Of a stretch of 53,430 bases of DNA, positions 9,252 through 17,920 are shown piece after piece (the stretch's first letter is position 1; each line of letters opens with the position of its first letter). This DNA comes from a candidate division WWE3 bacterium UBA1401 (GTDB taxonomy: Bacteria; Patescibacteriota; WWE3; UBA101185; UBA10185), in assembly GCA_002305115.1 (NCBI GenBank), contig DBQF01000005.1, positions 1 through 53,430 of the forward strand, read 5' to 3'. The translations under genes were made by a program, and so were the position numbers. A model generated the notes under the pieces. The model searched no databases and had not been told where the DNA came from. It saw nothing but the letters and a program-made list of their open reading frames with translations.

Positions 9252-9751
9252 TCGGTGAAAGTAGCTAAGTTATAAAAGTCTAGAAATAGCTGCTCTACAG
9301 GAAACACGAGCGCGTTATACTTATAATCTTCTCCAAACGTTAACTTCTCAACCGCAATAGAGGTAGTATTTAATTTTAAATCAAACTCTCTTACAGGTGA
9401 CCCGGTCCCGGGTGCTACGAAAACTTTCACATAATTATAGTTTTTCCAGACATCAGCAGCTTCGGCAACTACACCCTTGCCTTCTGTAGTACCCCCACCA
9501 ATGGTCTTCCATCTGTATCCTGAATCTACAGCTGCAGTGCACACATCTTTCTCTTCACACAAATAAATATTTAAATCCCAAGTTCCCTGGATAGATGCTA
9601 CTTCTACACCAAACCCGGGCTTTAAATTTTTAGCCATGATAGATGTTGCACCTTTAATGTTGGAATTGGGAAACATAGTGTAGCCAAAGTAGGCGGCAAT
9701 AAGTAAAAAAAGGACAAAAAGAACCACGATGGCAGATTTCTTATTGGGCAT
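9242..9751 (-). CDS. Hypothetical membrane-anchored/exported protein
   Basis: 169-aa ORF with an N-terminal hydrophobic helix; no recognised family. Confidence 0.7.
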   Translation of the reverse strand: MPNKKSAIVVLFVLFLLIAAYFGYTMFPNSNIKGATSIMAKNLKPGFGVEVASIQGTWDLNIYLCEEKDVCTAAVDSGYRWKTIGGGTTEGKGVVAEAADVWKNYNYVKVFVAPGTGSPVREFDLKLNTTSIAVEKLTFGEDYKYNALVFPVEQLFLDFYNLATFTDHP

Positions 9752-9806
9752 AAATCCATTGTGAAGTAAAACCGAAAATTAATCAAGGGTCTTGTATAAT
9801 AAGCCC

Positions 9807-10958
9807 ATGGAAAAACCAAAAGTTGCACTAGTACATGACTACCTTGTGCAGTATGGCGGCGCGGAAAAAACTTTGGAGGCTGTGGCTGAATTATTTCCGG
9901 AAGCACCTATCTATACAGGCATATATAATCCAAAAAGCTTATCTAAGGCTTTACAGCAAAGAAAAGTTATTGCAGGTGATAATTCATTGATCAGAAAGTT
10001 TCCAAAACACTTAACCTTTCTAATGCCCTATGTATTTGAACATTTTGATCTGCGAGACTATGACCTGATTATTTCCGATGGAACTGCCTGGCCTAAAGGC
10101 GTGCTTACCACCCCCTCCCAACTTCATATTAGCTACATTCACACACCACCAAGATTTCTATATGGCTACTCAGTGGAAAACCCGCAGCGGTTTAAGTGGT
10201 ATTACAAACCTGCTATTACAGTAATAGATCACTTTCTAAGAATATGGGACTATAACGCCGCCCAACGGCCGGATTATCTGGTGGCGAATTCGTTTGAAAT
10301 TCAAAGACGTATTAAAAAATACTACGCGCGGGATGCTACCGTGATTTATCCTCCGGTAGAATCAAACTTTAAAGCACCCACCACAAAAAACCCCCTGCAA
10401 AAACCTTATTACATAACTGTAGGGAGATTAGCTGCCTATAAAAACACAGACCTGTTGATTTCAGCATTTAACTGTCTGGGCTTACCTTTAGTGATTGTTG
10501 GAACGGGCAGGGAAGAAAAAAAGCTTAGATCAATAGCACAAAACAACATTACCTTTACGGGAAAAGTAAGTGAGAGTGAGAAGCATGAACTTTTAGCAAA
10601 TTCTCACGGGTTTATCTTCCCGGTAGAAGACGAGGATTTTGGCATAGTGCCAATAGAAGCGATGGCTCATGGCAAACCGGTACTGGCACATAGGTCTGGA
10701 GGACCTCTAGAAACAATTGAAGAAGGTAAGCATGGAGAATTCTTCGACACTCTTACAGAAGAATGTTTAATTAAAGCCATTAAAAACTTCGATGCCAACA
10801 TTAGAGCTAACAAGTATAATGCTGAGGCGATACGGGTGCACGCTCAACAGTATAGTAAAGAAGGGTTTCAGCAGGAATTTAGCAAATTCGTAGAAGAAAA
10901 ATGGGAGGAACATGCCCGAGTTACCAGAGGTCCAGACAATAGTAACTGTTCTCAATGA
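9807..10958 (+). CDS. Glycosyltransferase family 4 (WbaZ-like)
   Basis: HDYLVQYGGAEK start and EDFGIVPIEAMAHG (Ex7E). Start at ATG 9807, 6 nt after TATAAT. Confidence 0.92.
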   Translation: MEKPKVALVHDYLVQYGGAEKTLEAVAELFPEAPIYTGIYNPKSLSKALQQRKVIAGDNSLIRKFPKHLTFLMPYVFEHFDLRDYDLIISDGTAWPKGVLTTPSQLHISYIHTPPRFLYGYSVENPQRFKWYYKPAITVIDHFLRIWDYNAAQRPDYLVANSFEIQRRIKKYYARDATVIYPPVESNFKAPTTKNPLQKPYYITVGRLAAYKNTDLLISAFNCLGLPLVIVGTGREEKKLRSIAQNNITFTGKVSESEKHELLANSHGFIFPVEDEDFGIVPIEAMAHGKPVLAHRSGGPLETIEEGKHGEFFDTLTEECLIKAIKNFDANIRANKYNAEAIRVHAQQYSKEGFQQEFSKFVEEKWEEHARVTRGPDNSNCSQ

Positions 10959-11733
10959 AAAAATAGCAGGATACAAGATCAAAAAAGTTGAAACGCTAGG
11001 GCCTTTTCAAGTTTTCCCGTCACGAGAAACCTTTAGACAAGAACTAGAAGGAACTATCATTACCCAGATACAAAGAGTAGCCAAAAATATCGTTTTCAAT
11101 CTGGATAGCAACAACTACTTAGTAATTCACCTAGCCATGACCGGCCAAATCTTATTCCAAAAAACGGGGGAACCAAAACCTACTCATACACGAGTTGTTT
11201 TCACCATAACTAAGAACGATAAAAAAATAGACTTAAACTATCTAGATACGCGCATGTTTGGAAAAGTAGAACTATTAACAGAAAAAGAATTCCAAGCACT
11301 TACGGCCAAGTACGGGCCGGAGCCCCTAGATAAAACCCTAACACCTGAACACTTCCTGAAATCACTACAGACAAAAAAAACTACTATCAAAAATATTTTG
11401 CTAGATCAAAGTGTAATCGCAGGCGTAGGCAATATTTATGCTACAGATGCTTTATTTATGGCGGGAATAAACCCAAAAACTTCAACCAAAGAATTAACTT
11501 TAAAAGCTGCAACGAAATTACTAGCTGCGTTGCGCGCTATTCTTACCGAAAGTATTGAGCACAGAGGTTCAACTTTGTCAGATAAGATGTACGTCGACCC
11601 CTTTGGGAGACACGGTAAACACCAGCATTATTTTAGAGTCTATGGCAAAAGAATTTGCGCTATTTGTAACGGCGAAGTAGTTTACGAAAAAGTAAACGGC
11701 AGAGGAACTTATTTTTGCCCTAAGTGCCAATGA
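10912..11733 (+). CDS. mutM: Formamidopyrimidine-DNA glycosylase
   Basis: MPELPEV, HLAMTG, GVGNIY and C-terminal CxxC...CPKCQ zinc finger. Confidence 0.97.
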   Translation: MPELPEVQTIVTVLNEKIAGYKIKKVETLGPFQVFPSRETFRQELEGTIITQIQRVAKNIVFNLDSNNYLVIHLAMTGQILFQKTGEPKPTHTRVVFTITKNDKKIDLNYLDTRMFGKVELLTEKEFQALTAKYGPEPLDKTLTPEHFLKSLQTKKTTIKNILLDQSVIAGVGNIYATDALFMAGINPKTSTKELTLKAATKLLAALRAILTESIEHRGSTLSDKMYVDPFGRHGKHQHYFRVYGKRICAICNGEVVYEKVNGRGTYFCPKCQ

Positions 11734-12770
11734 AACTTGAATCCCTGGAACTAACCAACTATAGAAATCATCAGAAACTGAAGCTGAACTTTATGGAAAA
11801 CACTACTCTTATCACAGGGCCAAACGGTAGCGGCAAGACAAATATTCTGGAAGCTATCCATCTTCTTTCCACAACCAAACCGTTTCGCGGCAAGTATGAT
11901 AAAGACATCATCAGTCACGAAACAAATTTTGCCAGAATAGAAGCTTTAGTGAACGAAACCAAACTGGAATTTGTTATTATGACTAATCCAAGATTTGACA
12001 ATGCGTCTATAAAAAAGGTCAAAGTAAACGGCGTAGCCAAAACGCTTTACGGCTTTGCAAGTGCGCTAAAAAGTGTTTTGTTTTCACCTGAAAACATAGA
12101 GCTTATAACCGCCTCCCCTAGCCACAGAAGAAAATATCTAGATAGCGTGTTAAGCCAGGTAAGTGTTGACTACAAACGGGCGCTACATGATTATACTAAG
12201 GCTGTTAGGCAAAGAAATAAACTACTGGAAACTATTAATGAGACAGGTAGAGGCCTGGATCAGCTGGAATTCTGGGATGCCAAAGTTGTAGCTCTTGGAA
12301 TAACTATTCAAGAGCATCGCACTAACCTTTTTACGTTTATGCAAGAAACATTAACAACCAAAGTGCATGAAATTGACCCCAGTATGGAACTACAGCTGTG
12401 TTATGCGCAAAGTGCAATATCCAAAGACAGAATTACAAGTATCAGGCAAAAAGAGATTTGGGCAAAAAGAACTTTGGTTGGTCCGCATAGAGATGACTTT
12501 TTGTTTTTGCTTGAGGATAAAAACTTAGCGGAATTTGGTTCACGCGGGCAGCAACGTACTGCTATTTTAGCACTAAAACTTGGGGAAATAGACTTCATAG
12601 AGAATCAAACCAATGAAAGGCCGATTTTACTGCTAGATGATGTTTTTTCGGAATTTGACGAAGCGCACAAAGAAGCCGTGCTGACTGTTTTAGATAAGCA
12701 GCAGACGGTTATTACGAGTACAAATCCTATAGATGCTTTATATGATTATCAACAAGTGCAGCTGAATTAA
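11730..12770 (+). CDS. recF: DNA replication/repair protein RecF
   Basis: GPNGSGKTN, GPHRDD, SRGQQR and LLLDDVFSE motifs; ATGA overlap with mutM. Confidence 0.96.
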   Translation: MKLESLELTNYRNHQKLKLNFMENTTLITGPNGSGKTNILEAIHLLSTTKPFRGKYDKDIISHETNFARIEALVNETKLEFVIMTNPRFDNASIKKVKVNGVAKTLYGFASALKSVLFSPENIELITASPSHRRKYLDSVLSQVSVDYKRALHDYTKAVRQRNKLLETINETGRGLDQLEFWDAKVVALGITIQEHRTNLFTFMQETLTTKVHEIDPSMELQLCYAQSAISKDRITSIRQKEIWAKRTLVGPHRDDFLFLLEDKNLAEFGSRGQQRTAILALKLGEIDFIENQTNERPILLLDDVFSEFDEAHKEAVLTVLDKQQTVITSTNPIDALYDYQQVQLN

Positions 12771-12779
12771 CGTTCCCCT

Positions 12780-12926
12780 AAAATGACCTGGAGTGAAGTA
12801 TATCAAAACATGTTATTCCTGGTGAGAAGTCACTAAGCGCGCCAACCACTGGACGAACTTCCACACAAGATGCAGCCAGTATTTCGTCTATGACGGCTGC
12901 CTTTCTAAGATCATCTCTCTTCTGTT
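12780..12926 (-). ncRNA. Candidate structured ncRNA, unidentified
   Basis: TGt-TATAGT promoter (12941-12933) with no plausible ORF downstream. A closing stem and two internal hairpins; G-U pairing favours the - strand. Confidence 0.35.
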
Positions 12927-12965
12927 GTGGCTACTATAACACACTCTAGGATAAAGCTATAAGCA

Positions 12966-12978
12966 GGGTCCGACCTTT
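12966..12978. repeat. REP-like palindrome, family B (AAGGTC-C-GACCTT), copy 1
   Basis: gggtccgaccttt. Confidence 0.7.
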
Positions 12979-13038
12979 CTTGGGCAAAACGCTGTTGCAA
13001 CAACACTGGAGTAAAACAGTAAATCAACAAAAAAGCGT

Positions 13039-13075
13039 GGAAAGGTCCAACCTTCCTACGGCAGACAGGCCTTCC
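13039..13075. repeat. REP-like family B copy 2 plus a family A variant between ccttcc duplicates
   Basis: ggaaaggtccaaccttcc (13039-13056), then tacggcagacagg flanked by ccttcc at 13051-13056 and 13070-13075. Confidence 0.65.
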
Positions 13076-13081
13076 TTTCAC

Positions 13082-14050
13082 TTACCTCAGCTCATACCTA
13101 GAATTCTTGGTTTTGCCTCGCTTAACCACCACACCCTTTTCCATAAGATCCTTCAAATCCCGAAGCACCGAGTCTTCCGAAATATCCGGAAAGATAGTAG
13201 CAAACTGCTTATTTTGCAAAAGGCCATAATCCTGCAAATACTCAATAATCCTTGCTTGCCTGTCTGATATATCAACCTTCCCACTAGCTTTAGCAATTTT
13301 AGTATCACGTGATAGTAATAGAACCTTCTCTTTTAGATTAACCGCTTCACTAGCAACAGCCCGTACAAAAAACTCAAGCCAGGCAGTTAAATCGTCATCA
13401 ACAGTAACTAAAGACTTCGTATAATCCGCCAAATACCGCTGATAGTAATTTTCCACACATATAAACCCTTTGAAATCATATTTATCTATCTTTACAGAAA
13501 TTAAACTAACAAAATTTGCTACCACACTGTTGGCTGCATCAAACGGCGCTATTTTTTCTAAGGTTGCCTTTAAAATGCCAGCTTTTATAAGCGGATGGGT
13601 ATCTTTAGCATCTAGGCTGGTGTACCAGTCTGTAAGCTCACCAATCTCTGCCAGGATTTCCTCCGGAATCACCTTGCCTTCTACGTATCTACTCCTATAA
13701 ACAGGCGGGTTACCTGTAAGGGTTTTATATAACTGCTTTATGTCTTCTTCCTCAATATCAGAAGCAGTACTTATTAGGTTTACCAACTCCAAGGCATTAA
13801 TAAGACTAAGAATTTCTTTGCTGGCAGAAGGCTGCGCCAAATCGTCAAGGGCTTTTTTGATAGTTTTGTCATCTAGTGTTGCACCTAGGTCTTTTAACTG
13901 GCTTCCCAACAATAAAACGGAAGCTTCTTTCACCAACTGCTTTTCCCACATGGGTAAGATTGTGGTGTTATCAATAATAGCTTTGGCGTATTCGCTGGAA
14001 GCTATATTCTTGAGTATTCCTCCAGTTATGGCATATTCGGGAATGTACAT
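13082..14050 (-). CDS. Fic-fold protein with degenerate active site and C-terminal winged HTH
   Basis: IAPFDAANSVVAN sits where HPFxDGNGRxxR is expected. C-terminal SEDSVLRDLKDLMEKGVVVKRG wHTH. Confidence 0.8.
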   Translation of the reverse strand: MYIPEYAITGGILKNIASSEYAKAIIDNTTILPMWEKQLVKEASVLLLGSQLKDLGATLDDKTIKKALDDLAQPSASKEILSLINALELVNLISTASDIEEEDIKQLYKTLTGNPPVYRSRYVEGKVIPEEILAEIGELTDWYTSLDAKDTHPLIKAGILKATLEKIAPFDAANSVVANFVSLISVKIDKYDFKGFICVENYYQRYLADYTKSLVTVDDDLTAWLEFFVRAVASEAVNLKEKVLLLSRDTKIAKASGKVDISDRQARIIEYLQDYGLLQNKQFATIFPDISEDSVLRDLKDLMEKGVVVKRGKTKNSRYELR

Positions 14051-14059
14051 TTAGATAAT

Positions 14060-14081
14060 TCTCGCATATTTCCCGCAGATT
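14060..14081. promoter_or_regulatory. Tandem 11-bp direct repeat, candidate autoregulatory operator
   Basis: tctcgcatatt / tcccgcagatt (9/11 identical), beginning 10 nt upstream of the Fic-HTH start codon. Confidence 0.45.
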
Positions 14082-14122
14082 TAGAAGCACCTTGCCCTCA
14101 AAACATTACATAACGTTACATA

Positions 14123-14139
14123 GAAAGGTCCGACCTTCC
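14123..14139. repeat. REP-like family B copy 3
   Basis: gaaaggtccgaccttcc. Confidence 0.7.
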
Positions 14140-14150
14140 ATTAAGGCCAG

Positions 14151-14180
14151 CCCGCCGTAGCCCCTAAGGGCGAAGGCGGG
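14151..14180. repeat. Palindromic repeat, family C (CCCGCC-GTAG...GAAG-GCGGG)
   Basis: cccgccgtagcccctaagggcgaaggcggg abuts the TATAAT of lig. A related inverted copy lies at 49519-49546. Confidence 0.75.
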
Positions 14181-14192
14181 TATAATGCACAT

Positions 14193-15959
14193 ATGCAATT
14201 CTCAAGACTCGCCAACTACCTGCAACAACTCGAACAAACCTCCAAAAGATTGGAAATTACGGACATCTTAGCCAAACTCCTAGCGGAACTCTCCCCAGAA
14301 GAAACCGACAAAGCTCTATACCTCACCCTAGGCTACCTAGACGCACCCTTTAGAAAAGAAACCTTTAATATTGCCGACAAAATGATGATCCGCATACTAA
14401 GCCAGGCTTATGCAAAAAAAGAGCAAAGAGTTGAAAAAATATATGGTCAAACTGGGGACCTTGGAGATGTAGCCCTAAAGCTAGCACCGGAAACACCACC
14501 TCAAGACTTAACAATACTTGAAATTCACAACAAGCTGCTTTCTATCGCACAAGCTCAAGGGACAGGATCGCAAGATACAAAAGTAAACAAAACTGCAGAA
14601 TTACTAAGCAAGGTAAATCAACTTTCGGCAAAATATATTGTGCGAATAGTCTTAGGTACCACGCGGCTTGGCTTCACTGAACTTACCATTATAGATGCCC
14701 TTTCAGTACTACTTAATAACGATAAATCTTATAAACAGAAAATTGAAGCGCACTACAATATGCACCCGGATATAGGGATTATTGCCAAGAAAATCAAAGA
14801 AGGAGGCATTGATAACATAGAAGATATACAGGTGGAACCCGGAGTGCCAATATTGTCACAGAAACCTCAGCGCTTACCTGACATCCAAGAAATTATTGAA
14901 AAAATGGGCGGAAAAGCGTGGGCTGAGTACAAACTTGATGGCACTAGAGTTCAGCTACATCTAGATAGAGCAAAAAAACTCCCTAAAGAAGCGCAAGGAT
15001 TATTTGATGAAGCCGAAGGTGTTTTTATAAAGACATTTACCAGAAACTTAGAAGAAACTACGCACCAATTTCCAGAAATTATTACCGCTGCGAATAAACA
15101 AATAAATGCAGATTCTGTGATCTTGGACGGCGAAGCTATTGCCTACGAGGCAGATACCGGCAAGTTCTTAACCTTCCAGGAAAGTATTAAGCGCAAAAGA
15201 AAGTATGATGTAAAAGAAATTGCCAAAGAGTTCCCTCTTAGATACTACGTTTTTGACATCCTTTACCATAACGGGAAATGTACTATGGATATGACGCTTA
15301 CCCAAAGAAGGCAGCTTCTCGAAACGGTAATTGAGGTAGGAAACACTCTAAAACTAAGTGACTATAAAATATGCGAAACTGCAGAAGAACTTAAAGACTT
15401 CTTTGACAAGGCTAAAACTAAAAACCTGGAAGGGTTGGTAATTAAAAACCCCAAATCTACTTACCAGGCAGGGGCAAGATCATACGCCTGGATAAAACTC
15501 AAAAAGGGCGCTACTGAACTAGTTAGTGATGACTTTGACTGTGTGATTCTAGGTTACTACTACGGAAAAGGGGCCCGGTCAGGTTTTGGCATTGGCGGGT
15601 TTTTGGCAAGCGTATACGATGGTAAAGAAAATAAGTTTAAAACACTTACCAGGGTAGGTACTGGCCTGAAAGATAATGAATGGGTAGAGCTAAAAGAACA
15701 AGCCGACAAACTGAAATTAACTAAAGCACCCAAAAACGTAGAAGTGAAAAAAGAACTTATACCAGATGTGTGGGTACAACCAAAGCTTATGGTAATACTA
15801 AAGGCAGATGAAATAACTAAGTCACCTATGCATACAGCAGAGTATGCCCTAAGATTTCCCAGGTTTGTTGGCTATAGAACAGACAAAAAGCCAGAGGACG
15901 CCACATCGGTAGATGAGGTGGCGGAGTTGTACAAATCTCAAAAAAGAGGATACTATTAA
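14193..15959 (+). CDS. lig: ATP-dependent DNA ligase (archaeal/eukaryal type with N-terminal DNA-binding domain)
   Basis: EYKLDG, ILDGE, VFDIL, EGLVIK, WIKLK and ALRFPRF motifs. Confidence 0.96.
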   Translation: MQFSRLANYLQQLEQTSKRLEITDILAKLLAELSPEETDKALYLTLGYLDAPFRKETFNIADKMMIRILSQAYAKKEQRVEKIYGQTGDLGDVALKLAPETPPQDLTILEIHNKLLSIAQAQGTGSQDTKVNKTAELLSKVNQLSAKYIVRIVLGTTRLGFTELTIIDALSVLLNNDKSYKQKIEAHYNMHPDIGIIAKKIKEGGIDNIEDIQVEPGVPILSQKPQRLPDIQEIIEKMGGKAWAEYKLDGTRVQLHLDRAKKLPKEAQGLFDEAEGVFIKTFTRNLEETTHQFPEIITAANKQINADSVILDGEAIAYEADTGKFLTFQESIKRKRKYDVKEIAKEFPLRYYVFDILYHNGKCTMDMTLTQRRQLLETVIEVGNTLKLSDYKICETAEELKDFFDKAKTKNLEGLVIKNPKSTYQAGARSYAWIKLKKGATELVSDDFDCVILGYYYGKGARSGFGIGGFLASVYDGKENKFKTLTRVGTGLKDNEWVELKEQADKLKLTKAPKNVEVKKELIPDVWVQPKLMVILKADEITKSPMHTAEYALRFPRFVGYRTDKKPEDATSVDEVAELYKSQKRGYY

Positions 15960-15962
15960 AGC

Positions 15963-16307
15963 ATGGAACAACAAACTAACCAAGAAAAGCCATATAATAT
16001 TGATTCAAATATTGAAGCGGCACTTTCCTATATTCCACTTGTAGGGATTGGTGTTTTCGTCATGGAGAAAGAAAATAAATTTGTAAGGTTTCACGCTTTG
16101 CAGTCTATTTTCTACTGGGTGGCAGTACTTATCGCGCAGAGCATTGCTTCGACGTTAACTGTTGTTTTTATTGGTATTATTTTAGTGCCTTTAGTTGGAA
16201 TAGCAGCAGTAGCAGGCTGGGTGTTTATGATGTGGAAAGCATACAATAAGGAAGAGTACGAACTACCTTTTATTGGTAAGATAGCAAAAGAACAAGCGTA
16301 TAAATGA
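15963..16307 (+). CDS. DUF4870-like small membrane protein
   Basis: AALSY...VRFHALQS...KAY...YELPFIG pattern. Confidence 0.8.
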   Translation: MEQQTNQEKPYNIDSNIEAALSYIPLVGIGVFVMEKENKFVRFHALQSIFYWVAVLIAQSIASTLTVVFIGIILVPLVGIAAVAGWVFMMWKAYNKEEYELPFIGKIAKEQAYK

Positions 16308-16582
16308 ACTCCATCAAAGACATTTTGAATAAAAAAGAGCTAAAGGGTGACTTTAGGAATAAGTATGAGTTTCAGGCATATGGCAATAGGCTGGCGGAAG
16401 AAATGGGTGAGCCTCAGAGACGGAGCCTGTATATTAGGCTGGCAAAAACTGTGGACAGGAACTTGCTGGAAGTGGCAAGGGAATATGTTATGCGTTCTGA
16501 AAACGCAACAACGAAGGGAAAGTTGTTCATGTGGAAGCTGGCACAACTCAGGAAAGGGAAAGAAACAACTGACACCTTATAA
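16304..16582 (+). CDS. Hypothetical protein (92 aa)
   Basis: Start overlaps the previous stop (ATAAATGA); plausible helical protein. Confidence 0.75.
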   Translation: MNSIKDILNKKELKGDFRNKYEFQAYGNRLAEEMGEPQRRSLYIRLAKTVDRNLLEVAREYVMRSENATTKGKLFMWKLAQLRKGKETTDTL

Positions 16583-16599
16583 TTCTACACTAGTGTCCC

Positions 16600-16666
16600 C
16601 CCGAGGCTAAAGCCTCGGGTTAGTAAAGGAGTGACCCTCCCCTTAACCGCAGGCTTTAGCCTGCGG
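16600..16666. repeat. Inverted doublet of GGCT(AA/TT)AGCC hairpins (family D, IS200/IS605-end or REPIN-like)
   Basis: cccgaggctaaagcctcggg (16600-16619) and ccgcaggctttagcctgcgg (16647-16666). Confidence 0.75.
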
Positions 16667-16732
16667 ATCTATACAGGTATACTCCTCTGATCTGGGATGA
16701 CAAGAATTAAGTTTTAATCTACAATTTTACTA

Positions 16733-17278
16733 ATGCTAAAAAAGCTCTTTGGCTACTACAAAGTACCCTTTCTCATTACTCTTACTCTTTCAGTTGTGTT
16801 GGTAGCTTTAGGGGTGGAAAAAGAAATTACAACTATTGTGCTCATACTGGCAGGTACTATCTTAGGTACTTTTGTACTAGATCTTGATTACTTTCTTAGT
16901 GCTTATTTTCTCGAACCAACTTCGGATTTTGCCAAAGACTTGAGAAGTTATATCAAACACAAAGACTTTGGCAATGTATTCAGCTATATCTACCACCACA
17001 GAGATGACATTAAAGACAAAACTTTAAATAGTATGATCTTCCAGATAGTTTTAGCAGGCGCTTCTTTGCTTGTAGTTTCATCAGAAACCACAATTCTACT
17101 CAAAGCACTAGTTATTTCAGCATTTGCAAACTCTCTGTACAGGATGGCAGAGCATATATTCGAACATAAAACACAGGATTGGTTCTGGGCATTAAAAACA
17201 CCTCCTACTACCCAAACACTGCGTTACTATTCTGCAATACTTTTAAGCATACTCATCCTTAGTTTAGGGTTATTCTAG
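16733..17278 (+). CDS. Hypothetical integral membrane protein
   Basis: 181 aa with several TM segments; TACAAT-N7-ATG. Confidence 0.8.
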   Translation: MLKKLFGYYKVPFLITLTLSVVLVALGVEKEITTIVLILAGTILGTFVLDLDYFLSAYFLEPTSDFAKDLRSYIKHKDFGNVFSYIYHHRDDIKDKTLNSMIFQIVLAGASLLVVSSETTILLKALVISAFANSLYRMAEHIFEHKTQDWFWALKTPPTTQTLRYYSAILLSILILSLGLF

Positions 17279-17281
17279 CAA

Positions 17282-17920
17282 GTGTACGGACCCCTAATAG
17301 CCCTAGCTATACTTATTGCTACCCTTACCGCAGAACAGTTAGCTAGAATAAAGAAGCTTAACACCGAATTAATATGGCAAGCTTTGATTTGGGTCATTGT
17401 AGCAGGCGTCGTAGGCGCGAGGCTATACCATGTAGTAGATTATTGGGATTATTACATTCAGAATCCATTACAAATTGTGCAAATTCACAAAGGAGGCTTA
17501 GGCATATTTGGAGCTTTCATTGCCGGAAGTATTGCACTTATTATTTTTCTTAAGATAAAAACCCAAGATGTTCTTGACTGGCTAAATGTTTTTGCTGTGG
17601 TACTTCCATTAGGACAAGCCATTGGCAGGTGGGGCAACTATTTTAATAAAGAGCTTTATGGCAGAGGACCTATACCGTTTTTTGCAGCAGAATCATTCCT
17701 CAATTTGATCTTGTTTTGTGTCTTATTTGTAAACTTCAGAAAGCAATCGGAAAAGTCACTTGCTTTATATCTCATTGGCTACGGCATCATCAGGTTTCTT
17801 TTAGAATTTTGGAGACAGGATAGCTGGAGAATAGATAGCATAAATATAGCTCAAATTATTTCCACAGCATTTCTCATTACGGGAAATGCATTGCTTTTTC
17901 TTTTTAATAGAAGAGTTTAA
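17282..17920 (+). CDS. lgt: Prolipoprotein diacylglyceryl transferase
   Basis: GARLYHV, GGLGIFG, QAIGRWGNYFN and RFLLEFWR motifs. Confidence 0.95.
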   Translation: MYGPLIALAILIATLTAEQLARIKKLNTELIWQALIWVIVAGVVGARLYHVVDYWDYYIQNPLQIVQIHKGGLGIFGAFIAGSIALIIFLKIKTQDVLDWLNVFAVVLPLGQAIGRWGNYFNKELYGRGPIPFFAAESFLNLILFCVLFVNFRKQSEKSLALYLIGYGIIRFLLEFWRQDSWRIDSINIAQIISTAFLITGNALLFLFNRRV

